Source of the DNA: Clostridia bacterium
GTDB taxonomy: Bacteria; Bacillota; Sulfobacillia; RBS10-35; JADGHG01
Assembly: GCA_019689585.1 (NCBI GenBank)
Contig: JADGHG010000001.1
Span: forward strand, 1-55,930
Direction of reading: 5' to 3'
DNA length: 55,930 nt
In this document: one piece after another, positions 33,453-41,865 of the stretch
Position numbering within the stretch: position 1 is the first letter of the stretch
Layout: each line of letters opens with the position of its first letter
Position numbers and translations under genes: made by a program
The notes under the pieces: model-generated
What the model was told of the DNA's origin: nothing
The model's input: the letters and a program-made list of their open reading frames with translations, nothing else
The model's database searches: none

Positions 33453-34809
33453 GCTGTCCATGCGCCGAGTGGAGGAGCCGGACACCGCCCAGCTGGGCGA
33501 CGGCCTCGCGCGCGACGAGCGCGGGCGCCTCACGTTCTCCGGCGTCGTCCTCGACGAGCTCGCGAGCCGCTACGGCACCCCGCTTCTCGTCCTCAGCGAA
33601 GACGTGGCGCGGGCGCGCGCCGAGGCGATCCTGCGAGCCTTCCGCGCGCGCCTCGGCCCAAAGGCGCGCGTGAGCTACGCCGTGAAAGCGCTCGCCGTCC
33701 CGGCGTTCCTCCGCGCGCTCGCCGACCTCGACCTCGACTTCGACGTCGTCTCGCTCGGCGAGGTCGAGCTCGCCCGCCGCGCCGGCGTCGAGCCGCGGCG
33801 GATGCGGCTTCACGGCAACAACAAGTCGGCCGACGAGCACCGGCTCGCCCTCGCGGGCGGGGTGCGGGAGATCGTCCTGGACAATCCGGACGAGCTCGAG
33901 CGCTGGACCGCGCTCGTGCGCGGGGGGCGCGAGGCGGCCGAACGGCCGACGGCGGCCCTCGCCCTGCGGGTGGCCCCCGGCCTCTCGCCGGATACGCACG
34001 AGTACATCGCCACGGGAGGGCGCGGGGGCAAGTTCGGCTTCGACCTCGAAAGCGGCGAGGCGCTCGCGGGGCTCCTCAGAGCGCACGCGGCGGGGCTCGC
34101 GCCGGTCGGGCTCCACGCGCACGTGGGCTCGCAGATCGAGGAGGGGGCGATCTTCACGGAGACGCTCGCCCGCCTCCTCGACCTGCGGCGCGCCTACCAC
34201 GAAGCGACGGGCGTGTGGCTCGGCGCCCTCGACGTGGGCGGCGGCGCCGCCTACCGCTACACGGACGAGATCGAGCTCACCCCCGAGGCCTGGGCCGAGG
34301 CCGTCGCGGCGGCCTTGGCGGCCCGGCCGGCCGACGAGCCGGCGCCGACGGTCGGGGTCGAGCCGGGGCGCGCCATCGCCGCGCCGGCCGGCCTCACCGT
34401 CTACACGGTGGGGGACGCTCACCGCGTGCCGGGCTTCACGCCGGTGGTGGCCGTGGACGGCGGCATGGGGGACAACATCCGGCCGGCCCTCTACGGCGCC
34501 CGCTACCGCGCGGAGCTGGCGGGGCCGGCCGACGACCGGCCCCGGGAGCGCTGCCACGTCGTCGGCCGCTACTGCGAGTCGGGCGACGTCCTCCTGCGCG
34601 ACGCGCTCCTGCCCGAGCTCCGGCCGGGCGACCGGCTGGTGCTCATCGGCACGGGCGCCTACGCCTTCCCGATGTCGATGCGGTACAACGCCGTCCCGCG
34701 GCCGGCCGTCGTCCTCGTCCGCGAGGGGCGGGACGCGCTCGTCGTCCGGCGGGAGACGGTCGACGACCTGGCGCGCGGGCAGCGCCTCGCCCCCTGGCAG
34801 ACCCTGTAG
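33451..34809 (+). CDS. lysA: diaminopimelate decarboxylase
   Basis: YGTPLLVLSED, SYAVKALAV (PLP Lys), HAHVGSQI, GGGAAYRY, EPGRAI, VGRYCESGD. The start may be ATG 33460. Confidence 0.9.
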   Translation: MLSMRRVEEPDTAQLGDGLARDERGRLTFSGVVLDELASRYGTPLLVLSEDVARARAEAILRAFRARLGPKARVSYAVKALAVPAFLRALADLDLDFDVVSLGEVELARRAGVEPRRMRLHGNNKSADEHRLALAGGVREIVLDNPDELERWTALVRGGREAAERPTAALALRVAPGLSPDTHEYIATGGRGGKFGFDLESGEALAGLLRAHAAGLAPVGLHAHVGSQIEEGAIFTETLARLLDLRRAYHEATGVWLGALDVGGGAAYRYTDEIELTPEAWAEAVAAALAARPADEPAPTVGVEPGRAIAAPAGLTVYTVGDAHRVPGFTPVVAVDGGMGDNIRPALYGARYRAELAGPADDRPRERCHVVGRYCESGDVLLRDALLPELRPGDRLVLIGTGAYAFPMSMRYNAVPRPAVVLVREGRDALVVRRETVDDLARGQRLAPWQTL

Positions 34810-34821
34810 TAGGCTGACGGT

Positions 34822-35451
34822 ATGATCGTGCCGGACGTGCGCGACCTGATCCTGGGCTTGCCCGGGCTCGTGCTCGCGATCGTCGTCCACGAGTACGCCC
34901 ACGGCTGGACGGCCGACCGGCTCGGCGACCCGACGGCGCGGCTCGCCGGGCGGCTCACGCTGAACCCGCTCGCGCACCTCGACTGGCTCGGCGTCCTCAT
35001 GCTGTGGGTGGCGCACTTCGGCTGGGCCAAGCCGGTGCCGGTCGACCCCCGCCACTTCCGCGACCCCCGCCGCGGCATGCTGACGGTCGCGCTGGCGGGC
35101 CCCGTGGCCAACTTCCTCCTCGCCTTCCTCGCCGCCTTTCTCCTCTCGCGCCTTTTTGGCGCCTTCCCCTGGGCCTACGGCGGGCTTGCGGGAGCGGTCG
35201 CGACCGTCCTCGAGCTCGCGCTCGTCTACAACGTGGCGCTTGGCGTCTTCAACCTCATCCCCATCCCGCCGCTCGACGGCTCCCGCATCCTGGCGAGCCT
35301 CCTCCCGCCCCGGCTCGCCTGGCGCTACCACCGGCTCGACCCCTACGGCTGGGTCATCCTCCTCATCCTGCTCTTCACAGGCCTCGGCGGTCGCTGGATC
35401 GCGACCGTCGTCTCCTGGGCCACCCAGGCGGTCTACGGCGTGTTCCGATGA
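34822..35451 (+). CDS. site-2 protease family (M50) membrane metallopeptidase
   Basis: HEYAHGW (HExxH) and FNLIPIPPLDGSRI. Polytopic. Confidence 0.85.
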   Translation: MIVPDVRDLILGLPGLVLAIVVHEYAHGWTADRLGDPTARLAGRLTLNPLAHLDWLGVLMLWVAHFGWAKPVPVDPRHFRDPRRGMLTVALAGPVANFLLAFLAAFLLSRLFGAFPWAYGGLAGAVATVLELALVYNVALGVFNLIPIPPLDGSRILASLLPPRLAWRYHRLDPYGWVILLILLFTGLGGRWIATVVSWATQAVYGVFR

Positions 35452-36197
35452 CGGCGGACGAGATGGGGCGGGAAGGGGAAGAGGCCTCCCGGCTCCTCGA
35501 GGAGATCGCGCTCGTCGAGGCGCGGCTCGAGAAGGGCGAGCGCGTGCCCGTGGGCCCTATCGCCCGGGCCGCCCGCGACGCCTTCGGGCGGCCCGAAGCC
35601 GACCTCGAGGCGGCGAGCCTCGCGCTCGTCCGGGTGGCGCGCGCCCTCGAGCGCGCCGCCCGGCTCGACCTCCCCGAGGCACCGCCGGCCGACGGCGAGG
35701 CCGGCCCCGAAGGCGGGGACGGGGACGAGGACGGCGAAGGGCCCTCGCCCGACGCCTGGGCCGAGCGGCTTCAGGAGCTCGAGGCCTTCCAGGAAGTCGT
35801 CCAGGCCCTCCGCGCCTTCGAGCGCGAGGCGCGGCGGCGGTTCCCCCGCGGCCAGGGCCCGACCCGGCCGCCGGTCGGCGCGTCGCTCCCGGAGCTTCTG
35901 CCGGACGAACTCGTCCGCGCCTTCGAGGGCGTGTGGCGGCGCGCGGCCGGCCGGCGGGCCACGGTCGCGCGCGACCCGGTCACGGTGCCGGAGCGCATGG
36001 CGGAGATCCTCCGCCTCCTCGACGGCCGGCCGGCCGCCTTCGAGCGGCTCTTCCGGGACGACGCCTCCCGGCGCGAGGTGATCGTCACCTTCCTCGCGCT
36101 CCTCGAGCTCGTGCGCGCGGGCCGCGTGGCCGTCGTCCAGGAGCGGCCCCTCGGCCCCATCACGGTCGTGCCCCGGTCGCGGCCGGACGTCCGGTGA
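35448..36197 (+). CDS. scpA: segregation and condensation protein A (kleisin) with a divergent N-terminus
   Basis: The C-terminal winged helix EVIVTFLALLELVRAGRVAVVQE and the position before scpB support the call. ATGA overlap with the M50 gene. The canonical N-terminal FEGPLDLLL motif was not seen. Confidence 0.75.
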   Translation: MTADEMGREGEEASRLLEEIALVEARLEKGERVPVGPIARAARDAFGRPEADLEAASLALVRVARALERAARLDLPEAPPADGEAGPEGGDGDEDGEGPSPDAWAERLQELEAFQEVVQALRAFEREARRRFPRGQGPTRPPVGASLPELLPDELVRAFEGVWRRAAGRRATVARDPVTVPERMAEILRLLDGRPAAFERLFRDDASRREVIVTFLALLELVRAGRVAVVQERPLGPITVVPRSRPDVR

Positions 36198-36793
36198 ACC
36201 CGCTCCTCCCGATGGTCGAGGCCCTTCTCTTCGCGAGCGAGGAGCCCGTCGGCGCGCGCCGACTGGCCGAGCTCTGCGGGGCCGACGAGCCGGCCGTGCG
36301 GGAGGCGCTCCGCGCGCTCGAGCGCGCGCGGGCCCGGCCCGAGAGCGGCATCCAGCTCGAGCTCGTGGCAGGCGGCTACCGGCTCGTGACGAAGCCCGAA
36401 TTCGCGGAGCTCGTCGCCAAGCTCAAGGGTTCGCGGCCGCCCGCCCTCTCGCCCGCCGCTCTCGAGACGCTCGCGATCGTGCTCTACCGGCAGCCGGTGA
36501 CGCGGGCCGAGATCGACGAGCTCCGCGGCGTGAGCTCCGAGAGCGCGCTCGGCACGCTCCTCGAACGGGGGCTCGTGCGCGAGGTCGGCCGCCGCAAGAC
36601 GGCCGGCCGGCCCGTCCTATATGGGACGACGAAGAAGACGCTCGTCGCCCTCGGCGTGCGGGACGTGCGCGAGCTGCCCGACCCGGGCGCCCTCCTGTCC
36701 CGGGAGGGGCCGCGCCAGCTCTACTTCCGCGTGCCGGAAGGCGCGCCGGGCCAGAGGCGAGGCCACTCCCCGGCGGCGCCCCCCGAAGCGTAG
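36194..36793 (+). CDS. scpB: segregation and condensation protein B
   Basis: VEALLFASEEPV, GYRLVTKPEF, LETLAIVLYRQPVTRAEIDELRGV, GRPVLYGTT. GTGA overlap with scpA. Confidence 0.9.
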   Translation: MNPLLPMVEALLFASEEPVGARRLAELCGADEPAVREALRALERARARPESGIQLELVAGGYRLVTKPEFAELVAKLKGSRPPALSPAALETLAIVLYRQPVTRAEIDELRGVSSESALGTLLERGLVREVGRRKTAGRPVLYGTTKKTLVALGVRDVRELPDPGALLSREGPRQLYFRVPEGAPGQRRGHSPAAPPEA

Positions 36794-36826
36794 GCTCGCC
36801 CGGCGAGGGACACGCTGCCCCCGGAG

Positions 36827-37387
36827 ATGCCTCCCGGGACGGGATGGGCCCTCGCCGGTGCCTTCGCGTTCCTCCTCGTGGCCGCGCTCGCGCGGGCGCG
36901 CATCCGGCTGACCCTCGCGGTCGCGGCGCGCGTGCCGGAGGGGCCCTGGCGGATCGAGCTCGTCTGGCGCCTCGGCCCCGTCCTCCTCCCCATCCGGCCG
37001 CCCGGGCGGGCCTGGGCCGCGCCGGGCCGTCGCCAGCCATGGACGGCGCCGGGCCTCGCGCTCGATCTCCTCGGACGAGCGCGACTCGAGTCGGTCTCGG
37101 TCCGGGCGGAGCTCGCGCTCGGCGACGCCGCCGAGACGGCCGTGGCCGTCGGAGCGCTCGAGGCCGCGCTCTGGAACGTGGCGGCCCTTCTCGCCTGGTC
37201 GGGGCCAAGGCGCGGGCGGTCGGCGCCGCCTGCGCCCTTCGACGTGCGGGTCGCGCCCGACTTCGGCCTCCGGCCGCGGGCGTCCCTCCGCGCCCGCTGC
37301 ATATGGAGCCTCGGCCTCGGGGACCTTACGCTCGTCGGCGCGCGCCGCGTCGTCCGCGCCGTCCTTCGAGGGAGGCCCCGGCCGTGA
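36827..37387 (+). CDS. ytfI: DUF2953/YtfI-like sporulation protein
   Basis: N-terminal TM helix, a GC3-rich frame, and a GTGA overlap with ytfJ. The identity rests mostly on the conserved ytfI-ytfJ pairing. Confidence 0.55.
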   Translation: MPPGTGWALAGAFAFLLVAALARARIRLTLAVAARVPEGPWRIELVWRLGPVLLPIRPPGRAWAAPGRRQPWTAPGLALDLLGRARLESVSVRAELALGDAAETAVAVGALEAALWNVAALLAWSGPRRGRSAPPAPFDVRVAPDFGLRPRASLRARCIWSLGLGDLTLVGARRVVRAVLRGRPRP

Positions 37388-37851
37388 GCGAGCACCCGAT
37401 CCAAGGCCTCATGCAGACGGCGATGGAGAGCCTGAAGAGCATGGTCGACGTCAACACGGTCGTCGGCGACGCCGTCGAGACGAAGACAGGCGCCGTCATC
37501 ATCCCCGTCTCGCGCGTCTCCTTCGGCTTCGCCGCCGGGGGCAGCCAGTGGCCGGGCGGCGGGCGCGAGAACCTCCCCTTCGGGGGCGGCAGCGGCGCCG
37601 GCATCTCCGTCCAGCCGGTCGGCTTCCTCGTCGTGAGCCCCGACCACGTTCGGCTTCTGCCGGTCGGCGACCGCGGCGCCCTCGAACGGCTCGTCGACAT
37701 GACGCCCGAGGTCCTCGACCGGCTGCAGGGCGTCTTCGGGACGACGCGCGCAGCCGATGGGCCGAGGCCGCGGCCGCGCCCGGGCGACGGCCCCACGTAC
37801 CCGACGGACGAGCCGGAGCTCGCGCGGGCCGACGTCCCGCGCGGCGGCTGA
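37384..37851 (+). CDS. ytfJ: GerW/YtfJ family sporulation protein
   Basis: VVGDAVETKTGAVIIPVSRVSFGFAAGG and GGGSGAGISVQPVGFLVV. Confidence 0.85.
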   Translation: MSEHPIQGLMQTAMESLKSMVDVNTVVGDAVETKTGAVIIPVSRVSFGFAAGGSQWPGGGRENLPFGGGSGAGISVQPVGFLVVSPDHVRLLPVGDRGALERLVDMTPEVLDRLQGVFGTTRAADGPRPRPRPGDGPTYPTDEPELARADVPRGG

Positions 37852-37852
37852 C

Positions 37853-38650
37853 GTGCGCGTCCTCTGGAAGGGCGCCGTCAGCTTCGGCCTCGTCCACATC
37901 CCCATCCGGCTCGGGCCGGCGACGGTCGACCGCGCCGTGCGCTTCCGGCAGCTCCACGCGAGAGACCACACGCCGATCCGCTACCGCAAGGAGTGCCCGG
38001 CCTGCGGCGAGACGGTCGGAGACGACGAGATCGTCCGCGGCTTCGAGTTCTCCCCGGGCGAGTTCGTCGTCGTCCGGGACGAGGACCTGGAACGGCTGCC
38101 GCTCCCGACGCGCCGCACGATCGAGGTCCTGGACTTCGTGCGCCAGGACGAGGTCGACCCGATCTACTACGAGCGGCCGTACCGCCTCGAGCCGGCGGAG
38201 GGCGGGGAGCGGCCCTACGCCCTCCTTGTGCGCACGCTCGAGCGGACGGGCAAGGTCGGCCTCTCCCGGCTCGCGCTCCGCCAAAGGGAGCGGCTCGGGC
38301 TCCTCCGGGTCTACCGCGGCTTTCTCCTCCTCGAGACGCTCCACCGGCCGGAGGACCTCCTGGCGGCCGAGGCGGGGGAGGCGCGGGCCCAGCTCCCCGA
38401 ACCCGACCCGCGCGAGCTCGAGGTGGCGGAGGAGCTCGTATCGCGGCTCTCGGTACCGTTCGACCCGAGCCGCTACCGGGACCGGTACCAGGCCGCGCTC
38501 CGCGAGCTCGTCGAGCAGAAGGTCAGCGGGCGGGAGATCGTCCTGCCCGCTCCCGTCGAGGAGGCGCCGCCCCAGGACCTCCTCGCCGCCTTGCGCGAGA
38601 GCGTGCGGCGCATCGAGGAAGGCCGAGCCCTGGCCGGACGGACGGGGTGA
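37853..38650 (+). CDS. ku: NHEJ DNA end-binding protein Ku
   Basis: LWKGAVSFGLVHIPIRL, IEVLDFV..VDPIYYERPY. GTG 37853 lies 1 nt after the ytfJ stop. Confidence 0.95.
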   Translation: MRVLWKGAVSFGLVHIPIRLGPATVDRAVRFRQLHARDHTPIRYRKECPACGETVGDDEIVRGFEFSPGEFVVVRDEDLERLPLPTRRTIEVLDFVRQDEVDPIYYERPYRLEPAEGGERPYALLVRTLERTGKVGLSRLALRQRERLGLLRVYRGFLLLETLHRPEDLLAAEAGEARAQLPEPDPRELEVAEELVSRLSVPFDPSRYRDRYQAALRELVEQKVSGREIVLPAPVEEAPPQDLLAALRESVRRIEEGRALAGRTG

Positions 38651-39633
38651 CGGCCTGGCCCGTGCCGCCCGAGGCGATGGAGCCGGTCGCGTGGCCGCGG
38701 CCCTTCGACGATCCGGCCTTCGCCGTCCAGCCGAAATGGGACGGCATCCGCATGCTCGCCTTCACGGACGGCGCCGGCCGCATCGAGCTCCGCACGCGGC
38801 GCGGGGGGCCGCGCGAGGCCCAGTACCCCGAGCTCCGGGCGCTCGCCGCCGGCCCGCCCGCCGTCCTCGACGGCGAGGTGGTGGTCGTCGCCGGCGGGCG
38901 CGCCGCCTTCCCGGCCGTCCTCCGGCGCGACCGCGCGCGCCACCCGCGCGAGGTCGCCCGTTTGGCCGCGCTCCTACCCGCCGTCTACCTCGCCTTCGAC
39001 CTGCTCTGGCTCGCGCGCGACCTCCGCCGCGAGCCCTGGCGCGCGCGCCAGGAGGCGCTCGCCGAGTCGTTCGGGCCGCTGGCCGGGCAGAGCGGCGGCA
39101 CGTTCGCGCTCGTCGCCACCTTCCCCGGCGAGCGCGCGACGGAGCTCTACCGGGCGGCGGCCGCCCTCGGCCACGAGGGGATCGTGGCCAAGCGACGCCT
39201 CTCGCCCTACCGGCCGGGCCGCTCGGACGATTGGCGCAAGGTGAAGGTCTGGCGGACGCTCTCCGCCGTCGTCGGCGGCTTCCGCCCCGGCCCTTGCGGG
39301 CCGGCCTCGCTTCTCCTCGGCTCGTTCCTGGGAGCGGAGCTCCGCTTCATCGGCCGGGCCGCGCTCGCCGCCGCCCCCGCCGAGGCCGAGGAGCTCGGCC
39401 GCGTCCTTTCGGCGCATACGCGCAGGGAGGCGCCCTTCTCCCCGCCCGAGCCGCCACCCGGGGCGGGCTGGCGCTTCACCGAGCCGGTCGCCGTCGTCCG
39501 CGTCCGGTACCGCGAGTGGACGCCGGACCTCCGCCTGCGCCACCCGCTCGCCGTGGCCTGGCTGCGCCGGGCCCGGCCTGCCGACGTGCAGCTCGTCCCG
39601 GGGGCGCTCGCGCCGGAGGCCGGCGAGGGGTGA
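38647..39633 (+). CDS. ligD: ATP-dependent DNA ligase (stand-alone LigD ligase domain)
   Basis: Motif I QPKWDGIR (KxDG), LDGEVVV, EGIVAKR, WRKVK. GTGA overlap with ku. Confidence 0.9.
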   Translation: MTAWPVPPEAMEPVAWPRPFDDPAFAVQPKWDGIRMLAFTDGAGRIELRTRRGGPREAQYPELRALAAGPPAVLDGEVVVVAGGRAAFPAVLRRDRARHPREVARLAALLPAVYLAFDLLWLARDLRREPWRARQEALAESFGPLAGQSGGTFALVATFPGERATELYRAAAALGHEGIVAKRRLSPYRPGRSDDWRKVKVWRTLSAVVGGFRPGPCGPASLLLGSFLGAELRFIGRAALAAAPAEAEELGRVLSAHTRREAPFSPPEPPPGAGWRFTEPVAVVRVRYREWTPDLRLRHPLAVAWLRRARPADVQLVPGALAPEAGEG

Positions 39634-40538
39634 GTCCCTCCGCCTCGGCGGGCTTCGTCGCGGACGGGGTCCGCCTCACGAACCTCGACAAGGTGCTCTG
39701 GCCCTCGGACGGCACGACGAAGGGGCAGCTCGTCGCCTACTACGCGTCCGTCGCGCGGGCGCTCTTGCCACATCTCCGGGGCCGCCCGCTCGTCGTGACG
39801 CGCTATCCCGAGGGCATCGGCCGGCCCGGCTTCTACCAGAAGCGGCCGCCTCCGGGCACGCCCCCTTGGGTGCGGACGTTCGCCAGCGAGCGCGAGGGGA
39901 GGCCGCCCGTCCGGTACGTCGTCTGCGACGACGAGGCGACGCTCGTCTGGCTCGCCAACCTGGCCGCGATCGAGCTCCACCCCTGGGCCGCGCCCTGCGC
40001 CCGCCCGGCCTGCCCGGACTTCGCCCTCGTCGACCTCGACCCGATGCCGCCCGCGACGTTCGACGACGCCCGCGAGGTGGCGCTGGTACTGGGCGACCAC
40101 TTCCGGCGGCTCGGCGTCGCCGCCTTCCTCAAGACCTCGGGGGCGCGCGGCCTGCACATCTACCTGCCGATCGAGCCGGGGCCCGACCACCGCGAGGTCA
40201 CCCTCGCCGTGCGCCGGCTCGCGACGCTCGTCCGCCGCGCCTGGCCCGAGAAGGTGACGCTCGAGCGGGCGCGGGCGCGGCGGGCCGGCCGCGTATACGT
40301 CGACTACCTCCAGAACCAACGGGGTCACACGCTCTGCGCGCCGTACAGCCTGAGGGCCCGGCCCGGCGCGCCCGCCTCGTGCCCGGTCGCATGGGGCGAG
40401 CTCACCCGGCTGCGCCCGGCCGACTTCACGATCCGCACCGTCCCTCGGCGCCTGGCCGTGGCGGGGGACCCCTGGGCCGACATCCTGCGCTGCCGGCAGC
40501 CGCTTCCCGCCCTCGATCGCGCGCGTCTCTTCGCATAA
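39630..40538 (+). CDS. NHEJ primase-polymerase (stand-alone LigD PolDom)
   Basis: LTNLDKVLWP, VTRYPEGI, DLDP, KTSGARGLHIYLPI, VYVDYLQNQRGHT. GTGA overlap with the ligase. It forms the 3' end of a 996-aa artefactual ORF. Confidence 0.9.
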   Translation: MSPSASAGFVADGVRLTNLDKVLWPSDGTTKGQLVAYYASVARALLPHLRGRPLVVTRYPEGIGRPGFYQKRPPPGTPPWVRTFASEREGRPPVRYVVCDDEATLVWLANLAAIELHPWAAPCARPACPDFALVDLDPMPPATFDDAREVALVLGDHFRRLGVAAFLKTSGARGLHIYLPIEPGPDHREVTLAVRRLATLVRRAWPEKVTLERARARRAGRVYVDYLQNQRGHTLCAPYSLRARPGAPASCPVAWGELTRLRPADFTIRTVPRRLAVAGDPWADILRCRQPLPALDRARLFA

Positions 40539-40592
40539 GGGGGAGGCCGTCGGGGAGGGGAAGGGCCCGCCCGCCGCGAATCGGCATGCTTC

Positions 40593-41768
40593 GTGCGCAC
40601 GGGCTTCGACGTGGCCGTCGTCGGCGCCGGCGTCGTCGGGATGAGCGCCGCGGCCGAGCTCCTGCGACGGGGCGCGGGCCGGGTCGCCGTCTTCGAGCGG
40701 GCGGCGCCCGGCTCCGGCTCGACGGCGCGCGCCGCCGGCATCGTCTCGCGGCTCACCTGGGACGCGACCGACGCCGAGCTCGTCGCCCGCTCGCAGGACG
40801 CCTACCGCGAGGCGGCCTGGACCCACCCCGGCCGGCTCCGCTACGAGGAGACGGGCCTCCTCTGGCTCGCGGCCGCCCTGGGCGACGTCGAGCCGATGCG
40901 CCGGCGCCTCGCGCGGCTCGCCCCAAGCGGCATCAAGGTCGAAACCTTGTCGACGGCCGAAGCGGCCGCCCGCTGGCCGGACCTCGAGGTCCACGACGCC
41001 GCCGCCCTCTGGTTCGCGCCCGGGGACGGGCGCGTCTACGCGCCGGACTACGTGGCGCTCCTCGCCGAGGACATCCGCGCGCGGGGCGGCGAGGTGCGGC
41101 GCGACGACCCGGTCGCGCGCCTCGAGGTCGCGGGCGGCGAGGGCGGGCGCGTCACGGCCGTCGTCTCGGCCGAAGGCCGCTTCCCCTGCGGGGCGGTCCT
41201 GGTCGCGGCCGGCGCCTGGACGCGCAAGCTCCTGCGCGCCTCGCACGCGGCCCTCGACCTGCCGCTCAAGCCGTACCGGACGCAGCTCGCCGTCCTCGAC
41301 CTCGACCGGCCCGCCGAGGTGCCGATGCTCCACGACGTGACGCGCGGCTTCTACTGGATCCCCGAAGGCGGCCGCCTCCTCTTCGGCGACGGCACCGAGG
41401 AGCGCGAGACCGACCCGGACGCGTTCGACGAGCGGAACGACGAGCCGTTCCTCCTCTCGCTGGCCGGAAGCCTCGCGGGCCGGCTGCGCGCCGGTCTCGA
41501 AGCCCGCTACCGGAGCGGCTGGGCCGGCATCTCGGACGGCACGCCCGACCGCCGGCCGCTCCTCGGCCCGCACCCGGCGATGCGCGGCCTCTTCGTCGCG
41601 TGCGGCACGAACGGCTTCGGCGTCATGCGCGGCCCGGCCCTGGGCGAGGCGGCAGCCGCGCTCGTGCTCGGGGAGGAGCCGGCCGTCGACGTCCGCGCCT
41701 TCCGCCCGGCGCGCTTTCCCGGCTGGTTCGACTTCCCCGTGCGGCAGGGGTTCAACACGGCCGACTGA
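40593..41768 (+). CDS. FAD-dependent oxidoreductase, DAO family (glycine/D-amino-acid/sarcosine oxidase-like)
   Basis: FDVAVVGAGVVGMSAA (GxGxxG). The length and C-terminal GTNGFGVMRGPALGE are typical of DAO-family enzymes. Confidence 0.8.
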   Translation: MRTGFDVAVVGAGVVGMSAAAELLRRGAGRVAVFERAAPGSGSTARAAGIVSRLTWDATDAELVARSQDAYREAAWTHPGRLRYEETGLLWLAAALGDVEPMRRRLARLAPSGIKVETLSTAEAAARWPDLEVHDAAALWFAPGDGRVYAPDYVALLAEDIRARGGEVRRDDPVARLEVAGGEGGRVTAVVSAEGRFPCGAVLVAAGAWTRKLLRASHAALDLPLKPYRTQLAVLDLDRPAEVPMLHDVTRGFYWIPEGGRLLFGDGTEERETDPDAFDERNDEPFLLSLAGSLAGRLRAGLEARYRSGWAGISDGTPDRRPLLGPHPAMRGLFVACGTNGFGVMRGPALGEAAAALVLGEEPAVDVRAFRPARFPGWFDFPVRQGFNTAD

Positions 41769-41865
41769 GCCCGGGCTGGCGGCGGGCTCCAGGGATTGCT
41801 ACAAAGGGGCAGGAGCGGCGGGGGTGCGCCCTCGCCGCCCGGACGACGGAACGGGGAGGGTCCCT

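Noticed and set aside
37548-40538. 996-aa ORF on the + strand
   Set aside because: Only the last 302 codons (39630-40538) match the LigD primase-polymerase. The upstream part is out of frame with ytfJ, ku and the ligase.
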